A stretch of DNA of 64,000 nt from Octopus sinensis (taxonomy: Eukaryota), in NCBI RefSeq assembly GCF_006345805.1, contig NC_043006.1, positions 18,910,001 through 18,974,000 on the forward strand, in the 5' to 3' direction. The position numbers were made by a program, and so were the translations under genes. Positions 11,957 to 24,224 of this stretch are shown here, piece after piece. Each line of letters starts with the position of its first letter. Positions within the stretch are counted from its first letter, which is position 1. The notes under the pieces were generated by a model. That model saw only the letters and a program-made list of their open reading frames with translations, searched no databases and was not told the origin of the DNA.

Positions 11957-14900
11957 ATGCAAGGAACGAAAATGCCACCCAAATGCAAACAACAGGATAA
12001 CACGACACTCGACAAAATCTTGTGTGAACTACAAATCATCAACTCAAAACTCACCCTCCTAATGGACAATCTCGTCAAATCACACTGCAACTATAAAGAA
12101 ATATGCTTCAAAAAAGGAAGATCCCTACAGACAGAAACTAATGAAGCCCTCGAAATAATCTGTAAATCATTTGAAACCTTACTAATGCATAAATCTTAAA
12201 ATAACCCTTATCCTTAAACGGAAAAAAAAATAACTTCAGCTGTCAACAGCCTTCCGATATCAAGAAAGCTATAGTTCAACTATGGGTCAAAAATTATAAA
12301 ACTGTAACTTCGCTTTCTGGAACATGATCAGCAATCCCAATAAAGCAGAGATATATGAGGGATGGCTCAATTCAACCTTTTTATATTTTCCCCAGAAAGC
12401 TACAAATTAAAGCCATTCCCGATGAACGACCAAAACGGAGAAAACTTAAGGAAAAAATGGTTCTGGAGCGCTTCAAAATGGAGATAGACCAACTAAAGTT
12501 TACCTCAGTTGATGAAGAAATGGAGACTGAAATCGCGCAAAAGTGTTCAAGGGAACTTTTTAACAATACAGTTCAACACTGGAGCAGAATTGAGAAACGC
12601 GGAAATAAGCTCACTTCAAAGATGGGAAATAAACAATGATTGGTTCAATCCCTATTGGGCGCGTGGCTTAGTGGTTAGGGCATTCGGCTCATGACCGTAA
12701 CGTTGTGAGTTCGATTCCCGGCGACGCGTTGTGTCCTTGAGCAAGACACTTTATTTCACGTTGCTCCAGTCCACTCAGCTGGCAAAATTGAGTTGTACTT
12801 GTATTTCAAAGGGTCAGCCTTGTCACTCTCTGTGTCACGCTGATTATCCCCGAGAACTACGTTAAGGGTACACGTGTCTGTGGAATGCTCAGCCATTTGC
12901 ACGTTAATTTCACGAGCAAGCTGTTCCGTTGATCGTATCAGCTGGGACCCTCGTCGTCGTAACCGGCGGAGTCTTATTGGGAAACATTCAAGGAGAAATA
13001 CTAATCTGATAAGCCTTTCTTGAAAAAAAAAATAAAAATTACGAACTCCACACAACCGCAAAAAAGTCGCTACCAGAACAATAACCGAATGTCCATCCAG
13101 AAGCAAGAATAACCAATACCCTCTCCAGGGTTCCAAATACTCAGCGAAAACATAAAAGGGGTAATTCCAATGCACCCCTCACCGCAAGACAACCCCCCCA
13201 CTCAAAGTTACAGAAATCCTTCTCACACCAAAATCCCTCCACGTTCCAGACGTAACGTCTTCGTGAAAAGCTCTTTCGGGCGAGACTATACGAGAAATAA
13301 GAACTCTTCACGTCCGAGACACATCTCACATAATAAAGACTTCGAACAGGACCAAAGAAGAAGCAAGAATTTCTCCCGCTCGTGACATACCTTCCATAAT
13401 GACTACCTCGTCAAAACCACAAGATATAACCGTTTCGACAACTCCACTCAGAGCCGACCACAACGAAGAACCGACAATAAATCAAGAGTCAACGGAAGTA
13501 TAATCAACAAAAAGCACTAATTCCTTATATCAAAACCCAAGAAACCATTTTTTAGGCAAACTGGGCCAAAACCTGGACACTCGGTAGCACCAATCAAATG
13601 TGAAATCCCGAAGGTGATAAATCTCTCACTTAAAACCCTTTCAACCAACAAATCAAAATTCTCCCAAAAGGACTGAAATTCACTCCAACACAAAGATCGA
13701 ACCTAAATGATATACAAAACGATATCCAGGAATTCTGCAGAAAACTTCGAGTCACTGAAGAACTATTGGATAAAGAAACTAATGATCAGTCAATACTTCA
13801 TAATAAAAGTAACAAAAGGAACAAATCAAACTCTGGATAACTTTTGTGATTTGGTATCCGATTATCCCTATAATTTACTTCCACCTCGAAGATTTCAAAA
13901 AATACAAATCGAGAAGAATGAAAAACCCTTAAGGATCTCAAGGAGGATCATAATATAATTATAAAAGAAGCCGATACACGGAGTGTTGTAGTAATTATGG
14001 ACTCAAAAAAATACATAAAGACTACTCTAATCCTCCTTCAAGAAATACCTAAAACGAGACAATCAACAACTACAGTCAATCCAAAATAGTGACAAAACAT
14101 CCTACACTTATCCACCAGTTCCAACAAAATTTAACGGAAAAGGAGAGAGATTACTAGGCTAGATTTGGCTGCAAAACCAGCAACATTTATGGACTTCCCA
14201 AAATCCACAAGAGTGAAGCCATAAACTCAGGCTGTAACAATTCAACTTCTGTAGTCATAGATATTTCACACCGGAGAGATCTCAAATTGAGACCAATTGG
14301 GGCCGGTCCCTTATGTGAGACACACAGACGACTCAGTAACTTTATTCATGTCCTCCTTGAAATTATTCTCCAACATATACCAAACTTTATAAGGAATTAT
14401 TTGGACTTTTAAAACCATCTTCCGAACAAAACTGGCAAAGACTCCCATTTTGTTTCATTCGATGCAATAAACCTCCACACCTCGATTTCCCATGGGTGCG
14501 GAATAATAGCGATACAATACTGGCTCGAGAAATTCCCAAATAGTATTCCTGACGTAATCGGAAAAGAATTCGTCGTTGAAGGAATAAAATTCATTCTACA
14601 GAACAACTTCTTCAACTTAACAGTTATAGACAAAAATCAGGCACGGCGATGGAAATGCCTTTTCATGGCATACTTGGAAGATCAAATATACGAGCACGCT
14701 AGACTGAAATTTGGGGGCAACTTCCAAAAATACTTACTCACCAACTGGAAACGCTACCTGAATGACTGTTACATTTTGTGGCCACATAACATTGAGCAAC
14801 TCTCAAATATAAAAACTTAATCAACAGCATTAACCACAATATCTAGTTTACAATGGGATACAGCCACAAGCGATTACCCTTCCTGGACATCTTAATCATA

Positions 14901-15560
14901 AAAAGAGATACTGAAATTGAAACCAAACCAATGGTCCCAATATCTTCTATTCTCCTCCTGCCACGCAAATCATACTAAAATAACATAAACCCGAAATATC
15001 AAATCTTCCTTCTCTATCAATTCCCCGGAAACACTTCAACCCAATTCCGTATAAATAAGGAAAGCATACTCATTAAAAAATATAAACAACAGCTGAATTT
15101 TCTTTAGAAAGAAGATGAAAAAACCTAAAGAGAAAAGGGAGAAAGACCCAATTTCTACCCACACAAAAAAAAACCCAGATACAACAGACATAATTCAAGT
15201 AACTTCAGTAAGTTTCCACATGAGTTTCGAAACCGCAAATCCCAATCACCATAGAATAACGCCACACAAACAACAATTGCTTACGTCACCTAACTCAAGA
15301 TCAATGAAATTTGACCGATCAAAAACGTAGTGATGAAATACAACAAAATGACCCTTTAAGAGGTTCAAACAACTGATGACCGTTCCGCACAGGGAAGCCA
15401 ACCAGGCAGAACGGCAAACTTGACCACCAGAAAAACAAGATGTCACCAGTACTTTAACGAATCAAAAATCAGATCCGTTCACGGAAACAAAATTATAAAT
15501 ACAATGGATTCCAAAAAATGCCGTTACAAGCGAAAGTCCCTGCACACCGCGGTAACAGAA
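11957..15560 (+). pseudogene. PLE RT ORF remnant, unit 1
   Basis: IYGLPKIHKSEA, RPIGAGP, FVSFDAINLHTSI, QKSGTAM(E), RYLNDC; many stops and frameshifts; a GIY-YIG domain is not clearly recognisable. Confidence 0.85.
12659..12980 (+). mobile_element. SINE family D (CORE-like body, family-A-type 3' module)
   Basis: A box TGGCTTAGTGG, B box GAGTTCGATTCC, TGTGTCCTTGAGCAAGACACTT core; TATTGG TSD; empty site in unit 2 near 16695. Confidence 0.9.
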
Positions 15561-15997
15561 TCACAGAAACTCTAAACAAAGACCTTTTTTTTTTTTGCTA
15601 CTTTCATTATTCCCTTGTTTTTCACCCTCTTAACTTAGTAAGACTAAAACTTTGATGATCTACATTTTTTGTCGATCACTACTAATACTATTGAAATTTG
15701 TGCATTTTAAACGAGATTATCCACATATTATTAAATGTTATGAACATTTAAAAGACATTTCATATTATTGAAACTTGTAAATATTGAAACTTTTAAACAA
15801 CTTTTTCTAACACAGAATTTAAAATTTTTACCATTAATAAACAAACATATATTGTTGATATTAGTTTGGTATACAGACAAATAAATTTATTTAAAAACAA
15901 TTAGAGGTTTTGCAAATATAGTTGCATTTTCAACAACAAATTTGCCTATATTTTTTCTTACGTGGAAATGCACCTGCTCTTTTGTTATAAATCTTCT

Positions 15998-18900
15998 ATG
16001 CAAGGAACGAAAATGCCACCCAAATACAAACAACAGGATAACACGACACTCGACAAAATCTTGTGTGAACTACAAATCATCAACTCAAAACTCACCCTCC
16101 TAATAGACAAACTCGTCAAATCACACTGCAACTTCAAAGAAACATGCTTCGAAAAAGGAAGATCCCTACAGACAGAAACTAATGAAACCTTCGAAGTAAT
16201 CTGTAAATCATTTGAAACCTCACTAATGCATAAATCTTAAAATAACCCTTATCCTTAAACGAAAAAAAAAATAACTTCAGCTGTCAACAGCCTTCCGATA
16301 TCAAGAAAGCTATATTTCAACTATGGGTCAAAAATTATAAAACTGTAACTTCGCTTTCTGGAACATGATCAGCAATCCCAATAAAGCAGAGATATATGAG
16401 GGATGGCTCAATTCAACCTTTTATATTTTCACCAGAAAGCTAGAAATTAAAGCCATCCCCGATGAACGACCAAAACGGAGAAAAACTTAAGGAAAAAATG
16501 GTTCTGGAGCGCTTCAAAATGGAGATAGACCAACTAAAGTTTACCTCAGTTGATGAAGAAATGGAGACTGAAATCGCGCAAAAGTGTTCAAGGGAACTTT
16601 TTAACAATACAGTTCTACAGTGGAGCAGAATTGAGAAACGCGGAAATAACTTCACTTCAAAGATGGGAAATAAAAAAATGATTGGTTCAATCCCTATTAG
16701 GAAACATTCAAGGAGAAATACTAATCTGATAACCCTTTCTTGAAAAAAAACCTAAAAATTACGAACTCCACACAACCGCAAAAAAGTCGCTACCAGAACA
16801 ATAACCGAATGTCCATCCAGAAGCAAGAATAACAAATACCCTCTCCAGGGTTCCAAATACTCAGCGAAAACACAAAATGGGTAATTCCAATGCACCCCTC
16901 ATCGCAAGACAACCTCCCCCACTCAAAGTTACAGAAATCCTTCTCACATCAAAATTCCTCGACGTTCCAGACGTAACGTCTTCGTGAAAAACTCTTTCGG
17001 GCGGGACTATACGAGAAATAAGAACTCCCCACGTCCGAGACACATCTCACATAATGAAGACTTCGAACAGGACCAAAGAAGAAGCAAGAGCTTCTCCCGC
17101 TCGTGACATACCTTCCATAATGACTACCTCGTCAAAACCACAAGATATAACCGTTACGACAACTCCACTCAGAGCCGACCACAACGAAGAACCGACAATA
17201 AATCAAGGGTCAACGGAAGTACAATCAACAAAAGCACTAATTCCTTATATCAAAACCCAAGAAACCATTTTTTAGGCAAACTGGGCCAAAACCTGGACAC
17301 TCGGTAGCACCAATCAAATGTGAAATCCCGAAGGTGATAAATCTCTCACTTAAAACCCTTTCAACCAACAAATCAAAATTCTCCCAAAAGGACTGAAATT
17401 CACTCCAACACAAAGATCGAACCTAAATGATATACAAAACGATATCCAGGAATTCTGCAGAAAACTTCGAGTCACTGAAGAACTATTGGATAAAGAAACT
17501 AATGATCAGTCAATACTTCATAATAAAAGTAACAAAAGGAACAAATCAAACTCTGGATAACTTTTGTGATTTGGTATCCGATTATCCCTATAATTTACTT
17601 CCACCTCGAAGATTTCAAAAAATACAAATCGAGAAGAATGGGAAATCCTTAAGGATCTCAAGGAGGATCTTAATATAATTATAAAAGAAGCCGATAAACG
17701 GAGAGTTGTAGTAATCATGGACTCATAAAAATACATAAAGACTACCCTAATCCTCCTTCAAGAAATACCTACAACGAGACAATCAACAACTACAGTCAAT
17801 CCAAAATAGTGACAAAACATCCTACACTTATCCACCAGTTTCAACAAAATTTAACGGAAAAGGAGAGAGATTACTAGGCTAGATTCGACTGCAAAACCAG
17901 CAACATTTATGGACTTCCCAAAAATCCACATGAGTGAAGCCATAAACTCAGGCTGTAACAATTCAACTTCTATAGTCATAGATATTTCACACTGGAGAGA
18001 TCTCAAATTGAGACCAATTGGGGCCGGTCCCTTATGTGAGACACACAAACTCAGTAACTTTAATCACGTCCTCCTTGAAATTATACTCCAACATATACCA
18101 AACTTTATAAGGAATGATTTGGACTTTTTAAACCGTCTTCCGAACAAAACTGGCAAGGACTCCCATTTTGTTTCATTCGATGTAATAAACCTCCACACCT
18201 CGATTTCCCATGGGTGCGGAATAATAGCGATACAATACTGGCTCGAGAAATTCCCAAATAGCATTCCTGACGTAATCGGAAAAGAATTCGTCGTTGAAGG
18301 AATGAAATTCATTCTACAGAACAACTTCTTCAACTTAACAGTTATAGACAAAAATCAGGCACGGCGATGGAAATGCCTTTTCATGGCATACTTGGAAGGT
18401 CAAATATACGAGCACGCTAGACTGAAATTTGGGGGCAACTTCCAAAAATACTTACTCACCAACTGGAAACGCTACCTGAATGACTGTTACATTTTGTGGC
18501 CATATAACATTGAGCAACTCTCAAATATAAAAACTTAATCAACAGCATTAAGCACAATATCTAGTTTACAATGGGATACAGCCACAAGCGATTACCCTTC
18601 CTGGACATCTTAATCATAAAAAGAGATACTGAAATTGAAACCAAACCAACGGTCCCAATATCTTCTATTCTCCTCATGCCACGCAAATCATACTAAAATA
18701 ACATAATCCCGAAATATCAACTCCTTCTCTATCAATTCCTCAGAAACACTTCAACCCAATTCCGTATAAATAAGGAAAGCATACTCATTAAAAAATATAA
18801 ACAACAGCTGAATTTTCTTTAGAAAGAAGATGAAAAAAACCTAAAGAGAAAAGGGAGAAAGACCCAATTTCTCCATACACAAAACAAAAACAGATACAAC

Positions 18901-19290
18901 AGACATAATTCAAGTAACTTCAGTAAGTTTTCCACATGAGTTTCGAAACCACAACTCCCAACCACCATAGAATAACGCCACACAAACAACAATTGCTTAC
19001 GTCACCTAACTCAAGATCAATTAAATTTGACCGATCAAAACCGTAGCGATGAAATACTGCAAAATGACCCTTTAAGAGGTTCAAACAACTGATGACCGTT
19101 CCGCACAGGGAAGCCAACCAGGCAGAACGGCAAACTTGACCACCAGAAAGACAAGATGTCACCAGTACTTTAACGAATCAAAAATCAGATCCGTTCACGG
19201 AAACAAAATTATAAATACAATGGATTCCAAAAAATGCCGTTACAAGCGAAAGTCCCTGCACACCGCGGTAACAGAATCACAGAAACTCTA
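15998..19290 (+). pseudogene. PLE RT ORF remnant, unit 2
   Basis: ORF 17909-18538 carries RT motifs (FVSFDVINLHTSI, ILQNNFF, WKRYLNDCYILW). Confidence 0.85.
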
Positions 19291-19725
19291 AACAAAGACC
19301 TTTTTTTTTTTGCTATTTTCATTCTTCCCTTGTTTTTCACCCTCTTAACTTAGTATGTCTGAATCTTTGATGTACTACATTTTTTGTCGATCACTAGTAA
19401 TACTATTGAAATTTGTGCGTGTAAACAAGATAAGTCATATTTTCTATATTATTGAATGTTATGAACATTTAAAAGATATTTCATATTACTGAAACTTGTA
19501 AATATTGAAACATTTAAACATGTTTTTCTAACACAGAATTTAGAATTTTTACCATTAATAAACAAACAGATATTGTTGATATTAGTTTGGTATATAGACA
19601 AATAAATATATTTAAAAACAATTAGACGTTTTGCAAATATAGGTGCATTTTCAACAACAAATTTGCCAATATTTTTTCCTGCGTGGAAATATAACTTTTC
19701 TTTTGTGATACACACACACACACAG

Positions 19726-19764
<39 letters not shown>

Positions 19765-19771
19765 ACACACA

Positions 19772-19854
<83 letters not shown>

Positions 19855-19857
<3 letters not shown>

Positions 19858-20077
19858 CGAGCTGGCAGAAGCGTTAGCGTGCTGGGCGAAATGCTTAGCG
19901 GTATTTCGTTTGTCGTTACGTTCTAAGTTCAAATTCCGCCGTGGTCGACTTTGCCTTTCATCCTCTCGGGGTCGATAAATTAAGTGCCAGTTACGCACTG
20001 GGGTTGATGTAATCAACTTAATCCTTTGTCTGTCCTTGTTTGTCCCCTCTATGTTTAGCCCCTTGTGGGCAGTAAAG

Positions 20078-20082
<5 letters not shown>
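19855..20082 (+). mobile_element. SINE family C (young), inserted in (TA)n
   Basis: Full head, core and AAAGAAATA tail. The core resembles the Meta/MESC SINE domain as I recall it (unverified). Confidence 0.9.
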
Positions 20083-20122
<40 letters not shown>

Positions 20123-20329
20123 TATGCATGCATATACATAAACGCATATATGTATGCAAGGCTTTCTCATTGGTTCCAGAAACCTCTGAAAGCGTAACCA
20201 ACGAGAGATTCATAAATTTATTCTATGTATCGCTGCTAGTATTTGCTGAAATACGGGAAAGCTTTACTGGCCATGGGTATCATGCTCATTTTCAGACATG
20301 ATCAGATTGTATATTGTGAAGATTTCCTC

Positions 20330-20472
20330 ATTCAAATACAAGAGTTTTACCATTTTAGTTACATGGAAGCTAATGGCAGAGATGCACAGCATGCGATCGA
20401 CAACCTGCCAAAACTAATGGAGGGGATAAATTCCTGGCACTACAGTGTGTGTGTGTGTGCGTGTGTGTTTGT

Positions 20473-20506
<34 letters not shown>

Positions 20507-21258
20507 CTGTGTGTCTGTGTGTTGCTGACGGAAGAGTATCTAACTCTAAAACGAATTATTAAATAAAATATTTTAATCATCCTAATGAGGAAATATATAT
20601 ATAGGCGCAGGAGTGACTGTGTGGTAAGTAGCTTGCTAATCAACCACATGGTTCCGGGTTCAGTCCCACTGCGTGGCATCTTGGGCAAGTGTCTTCTGCT
20701 ATAGCCCCGGGCCGACCAATTCCTTGTGAGTGGATTTGGTAGATGGAAACTGAAAGAAGCCTGTCGTATATATATGTATATATGTGTGTGCTTGTGTGTC
20801 TGTGTTTGTCCCCCTAGCATTGCTTGACAACCGATGCTGGTGTGTTTACGTCCCCGTTACTTAGCGGTTCGGCAAAAAGAGACCGATAGAATAAGTACTG
20901 GGCTTACAAAGAATAAGTCCCGGGTTCGATTTGCTCGACTAAAGGCGGTGCTCCAGCATGGCCGCAGTCAAATGACTGAAACAAGTAAAAGAGAATAAAA
21001 GAGAATTCAAATATAAGAGTTTTACCATTTAGTTACATGGAAGCTAATGGCAGAGATGCACAGCATGCGATCGACAACCTGCCAAAACTAATGGAGGATA
21101 TAAATTCCTGGCACTACAGTGTGTGTGTGTGTGTGCGTGCGTGTGTGTGTGTGTGTGTTTGTGTCTGTGTGTCGCTGACGGAAGAGTATCTAACTCTAAA
21201 ACGAATTATTAAACAACTATTCTAATCATCCTAATGAGGAAATATATATATATATATA
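20330..21258 (+). repeat. Direct duplication of about 260 bp flanking a SINE B
   Basis: 20330-20602 is repeated at 21005-21258 with few differences. Confidence 0.9.
20604..21004 (+). mobile_element. SINE family B (CORE-like, internal TA/TG microsatellite)
   Basis: GGCGCAGGAG head, GGGTTCAGTCCC B box, CTTGGGCAAGTGTCTT core, AAGGCGGTGCTCCAGCATGG...GTAAAAGAG tail. Confidence 0.92.
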
Positions 21259-21261
21259 TTC

Positions 21262-21480
21262 TTTAAATTTTTTACTTGTTTCGATCATTTGACTGCAGCC
21301 ATACTGGAGCAATACCTTGAAGGGTTTTAATCGACGAAATCGACCCCGGGTCTTATTCTTTGTTAGCCCGGTTACTTATTTTATCGCCATGTTTTGCCGC
21401 TCCGTTAAGTTACCGCGACGTAAGCACGTCAACATCTGTTGTCAAGAAATGGCAGGGGAACGAACACGCACACACACACA
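21262..21480 (-). mobile_element. 3' half of an older SINE-B-like copy
   Basis: Diverged B tail ending at the internal (CA)n. Similar halves lie near 29190-29370, 35680-35800 and 41625-41790. Confidence 0.65.
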
Positions 21481-21583
21481 CATACACTTACATACATATA
21501 TATACATACATACATACATACATATATATATATATATAACAATGATAAATCTCAGAGCGAGTTATAAACAGTAGCGGTAACAC

Positions 21584-21812
21584 ATCGTGACGCATATTTG
21601 CCATTTGAATATGGCTTACCCATAAGGGTGGATGCTACTGTAGTTTGTAGCCCCAGGAAGATATCTCCTCCAGCTGACTCCCCTTCACAAATAATGAGAG
21701 GACACAGATAGTGTGTCTATAGCCAGCTGGAGGAGATATCTTCCTGGGGCTACAAACTACAGTAGCATCCACCCTTATGGGTAAGCCATATTCAAATGGC
21801 AAATATGCGTCA

Positions 21813-21816
<4 letters not shown>
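21584..21816. repeat. Perfect 93-bp inverted repeat with 47-bp spacer
   Basis: 21584-21676 is the exact reverse complement of 21724-21816; a related fragment lies at about 47267-47305. Confidence 0.95.
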
Positions 21817-21873
<57 letters not shown>

Positions 21874-22028
21874 AATTATATACACATTCATACATATATG
21901 CATACACGCACACACGCATATATATGCATATATTTCGCCTTAATGTACTGATATATGAAAAATATATGGCTTGTGTTAGTAATACCAGCGATTATAATTA
22001 TTTTAATTTTATCGCAATTTGATTTGTT

Positions 22029-22060
<32 letters not shown>

Positions 22061-22249
22061 TATATATACCTGTATATAAAGATTTCGAGCGGTAATTTAG
22101 AACATATTTAGTAATTTAATAAAACAACTTAATCTGTGGGAAAAAATACGTACGAGTTTGTTTTCTTTTCTAGATTACAGAAAATACGTATGTATCTTAA
22201 TATAATTTTGTGCACATGTTTTCGATAAGATTTCTCAAGATTATTCTAT

Positions 22250-23780
22250 GAATTTACCTTCAGCTTCTAAGTTTTCTTTAATGGGAATTGTTGGCATTCC
22301 TGCACAAAATGTTCGCTACCCGTTTCGCACATCACCTGGACAATGGCGGCCTTCCGCCGGGAAGGTATGGTATTGTGCGGATGTCGCTATGTCTCTCGTT
22401 CAAGAATTTTTCAAACATAGTCATTCATAACATTATCCTTTCTTTCAACAAATTTTCAAATATAATAATTTATAGGATTCAAATCTTGTGTGTTTGGAGA
22501 CTACGAGTTTGAGATCATACTGATCGTAATGTCTGATATCCAAACTTGCGCTACGTTGACTTTGTGAGAAGGTGTTCAGTTTCGTTAAAACATGTATGGC
22601 TTTCTTCGTAATTCCTCCATACAGGGCTTAACAACTATCTCGAGCAACTCAACCTATCCAGCAGCATTAGACCTAAGGCTGTTCAAAGATATCAGGGGGC
22701 ATGGCATGATCTTAGTTATTCACCTCTGCCAAAACCACACATAGGCGCTGAAATCTTTGAGTTCATCACTCTAAGAACATCAGAGATCAGCACAATATCA
22801 TTTTTCAGTTTTTCCTAGTAGAATTTTGGTCTTAATCGGAGATTTGCTTATTAGAGAATATCCGAACATGTCATATTCGATTGGTTTTAAATTCATTAAG
22901 TAACTACTTGGCACAGATCAAAAGTTTTCCTCGTGTCTTTACAGACATCAACTGCCCTCTCTTCAGAACATACGACTTATATCTAATGTCCTCGTGCACC
23001 ATAGTTCTGATGGTCCATTCCGACACATGAAGTTCTTTGGCAATGGTCGTCATTGATTCTCCGGGTTCATTATCGATGATGCTTTAAATGAATTGCAGTA
23101 TCATTAGATTGTTTGAACGTTTAAATTTGTTCTACTCTTACTCTTTTACTTGTTTCAGTCATTTGACTGCGGCCATGCTGGAGCACCGCCTTTAATCGAG
23201 CAACTCGACCCCGGGACTTATTCTTTTTTTTTTTTGTAAGCCCGGTACTTATTCTATCGGTCTCTTTTGCCGAACCGCTAAGTAACGGGGATGTAAACAT
23301 ACCAGCATCGGTTGTCAAGCAATGCTAGGGGGACAATCACAGACACACAAACATATAGACACACACACTTATATATATATATATATATATATATATACGA
23401 CAGGCTTCTTTCAGTTTCCGTCTACCAAATCCACTCACAAGGCATTGGTCGGCCCGGGGCTATAGAAGAAGAAACTTGCCCAAGATGCCACGCAGTGGGT
23501 CTGAACCCGGAACCATGTGGTTGGTTAGCAAGCTACTTACCACACAGCCACTCCTGTTCTCTTTCATTCAGTTGTAATATTCCTATCCGTGGCTTCCGAT
23601 TCCATCCGAAATTTGTGTACCAATTGATCGTTCAGCATTTAGAAAATTGGCATTCTTTAAATCTCAGAGTTTCGAACATATAACAACAATGGGCGCAAGT
23701 ATTTTTCACTTCTTCCGTTTGCATTTTCTCTACCATGGATATCTGAATAAAATCAAAAGCTTTTAATCGGTTTGAAGAGT
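22250..23780 (-). mobile_element. Degenerate Tc1/mariner transposase, maT(DD37D)-like, interrupted by a SINE B
   Basis: Minus strand reads PGESMTTIAKELHVSEWTIRTMVHEDIRYKSYVLKRGQLMS, HAMPPDIFEQ, a PY.F...PSHK motif and a PN.QDLNP.NY (WPPNSPDLNPLDY-like) motif. Confidence 0.8.
23131..23556 (-). mobile_element. SINE family B
   Basis: Reverse complement of the 20604 element; possible TGTTCT TSD. Confidence 0.92.
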
Positions 23781-24224
23781 ATAATATACTGAGAATTAAG
23801 TGTCTCCAAATACAACTCCCACCGAATATGAGTGTGTGTGTGCGTGTGCATCTTAGTGTGAGAGAGACAGAAGGAGTTAGAAAGAGAGGGCAAATGTATG
23901 TATACAGACTGATACATTTTAGACAGAAGTAGCTCGACTTATAAGAAATAGCAGTGAAAGACATACGACGAGTAACTGCATATTTTCATTAATAATGAAT
24001 CGAATGACAAATTGCATTATGTATCTGTAGATGTACTAAGCGTAAAATGCAAAGCTAACCACGGCTGGGATCCTTTTGATTATAGCTTTTGTCGTTTAAA
24101 TTCAACTCTAGCCTGAGCAACAAAAGTAACAACGAAATATACCAGAGGAACACAAATATACATATTGTTGCGTAGTGATAGTGGAGTGTACCTTGAAAGC
24201 AGAAATATATTGATGACGATAATT

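Larger units (their letters stand above)
10875..19708 (+). mobile_element. Tandem array of a Penelope-like element (one partial plus two full units)
   Basis: Anchor AGACC(T)n at 11551, 15580 and 19296 (periods 4029 and 3716); PLE RT motifs in both full units. Confidence 0.9.

Noticed and set aside
15373-15425. CTGATGA-CCGTTC...GAACGG-CAAAC hammerhead candidate in the PLE array (also near 19090)
   Set aside because: The essential G12 is C and no stem III or NUH triplet can be formed.
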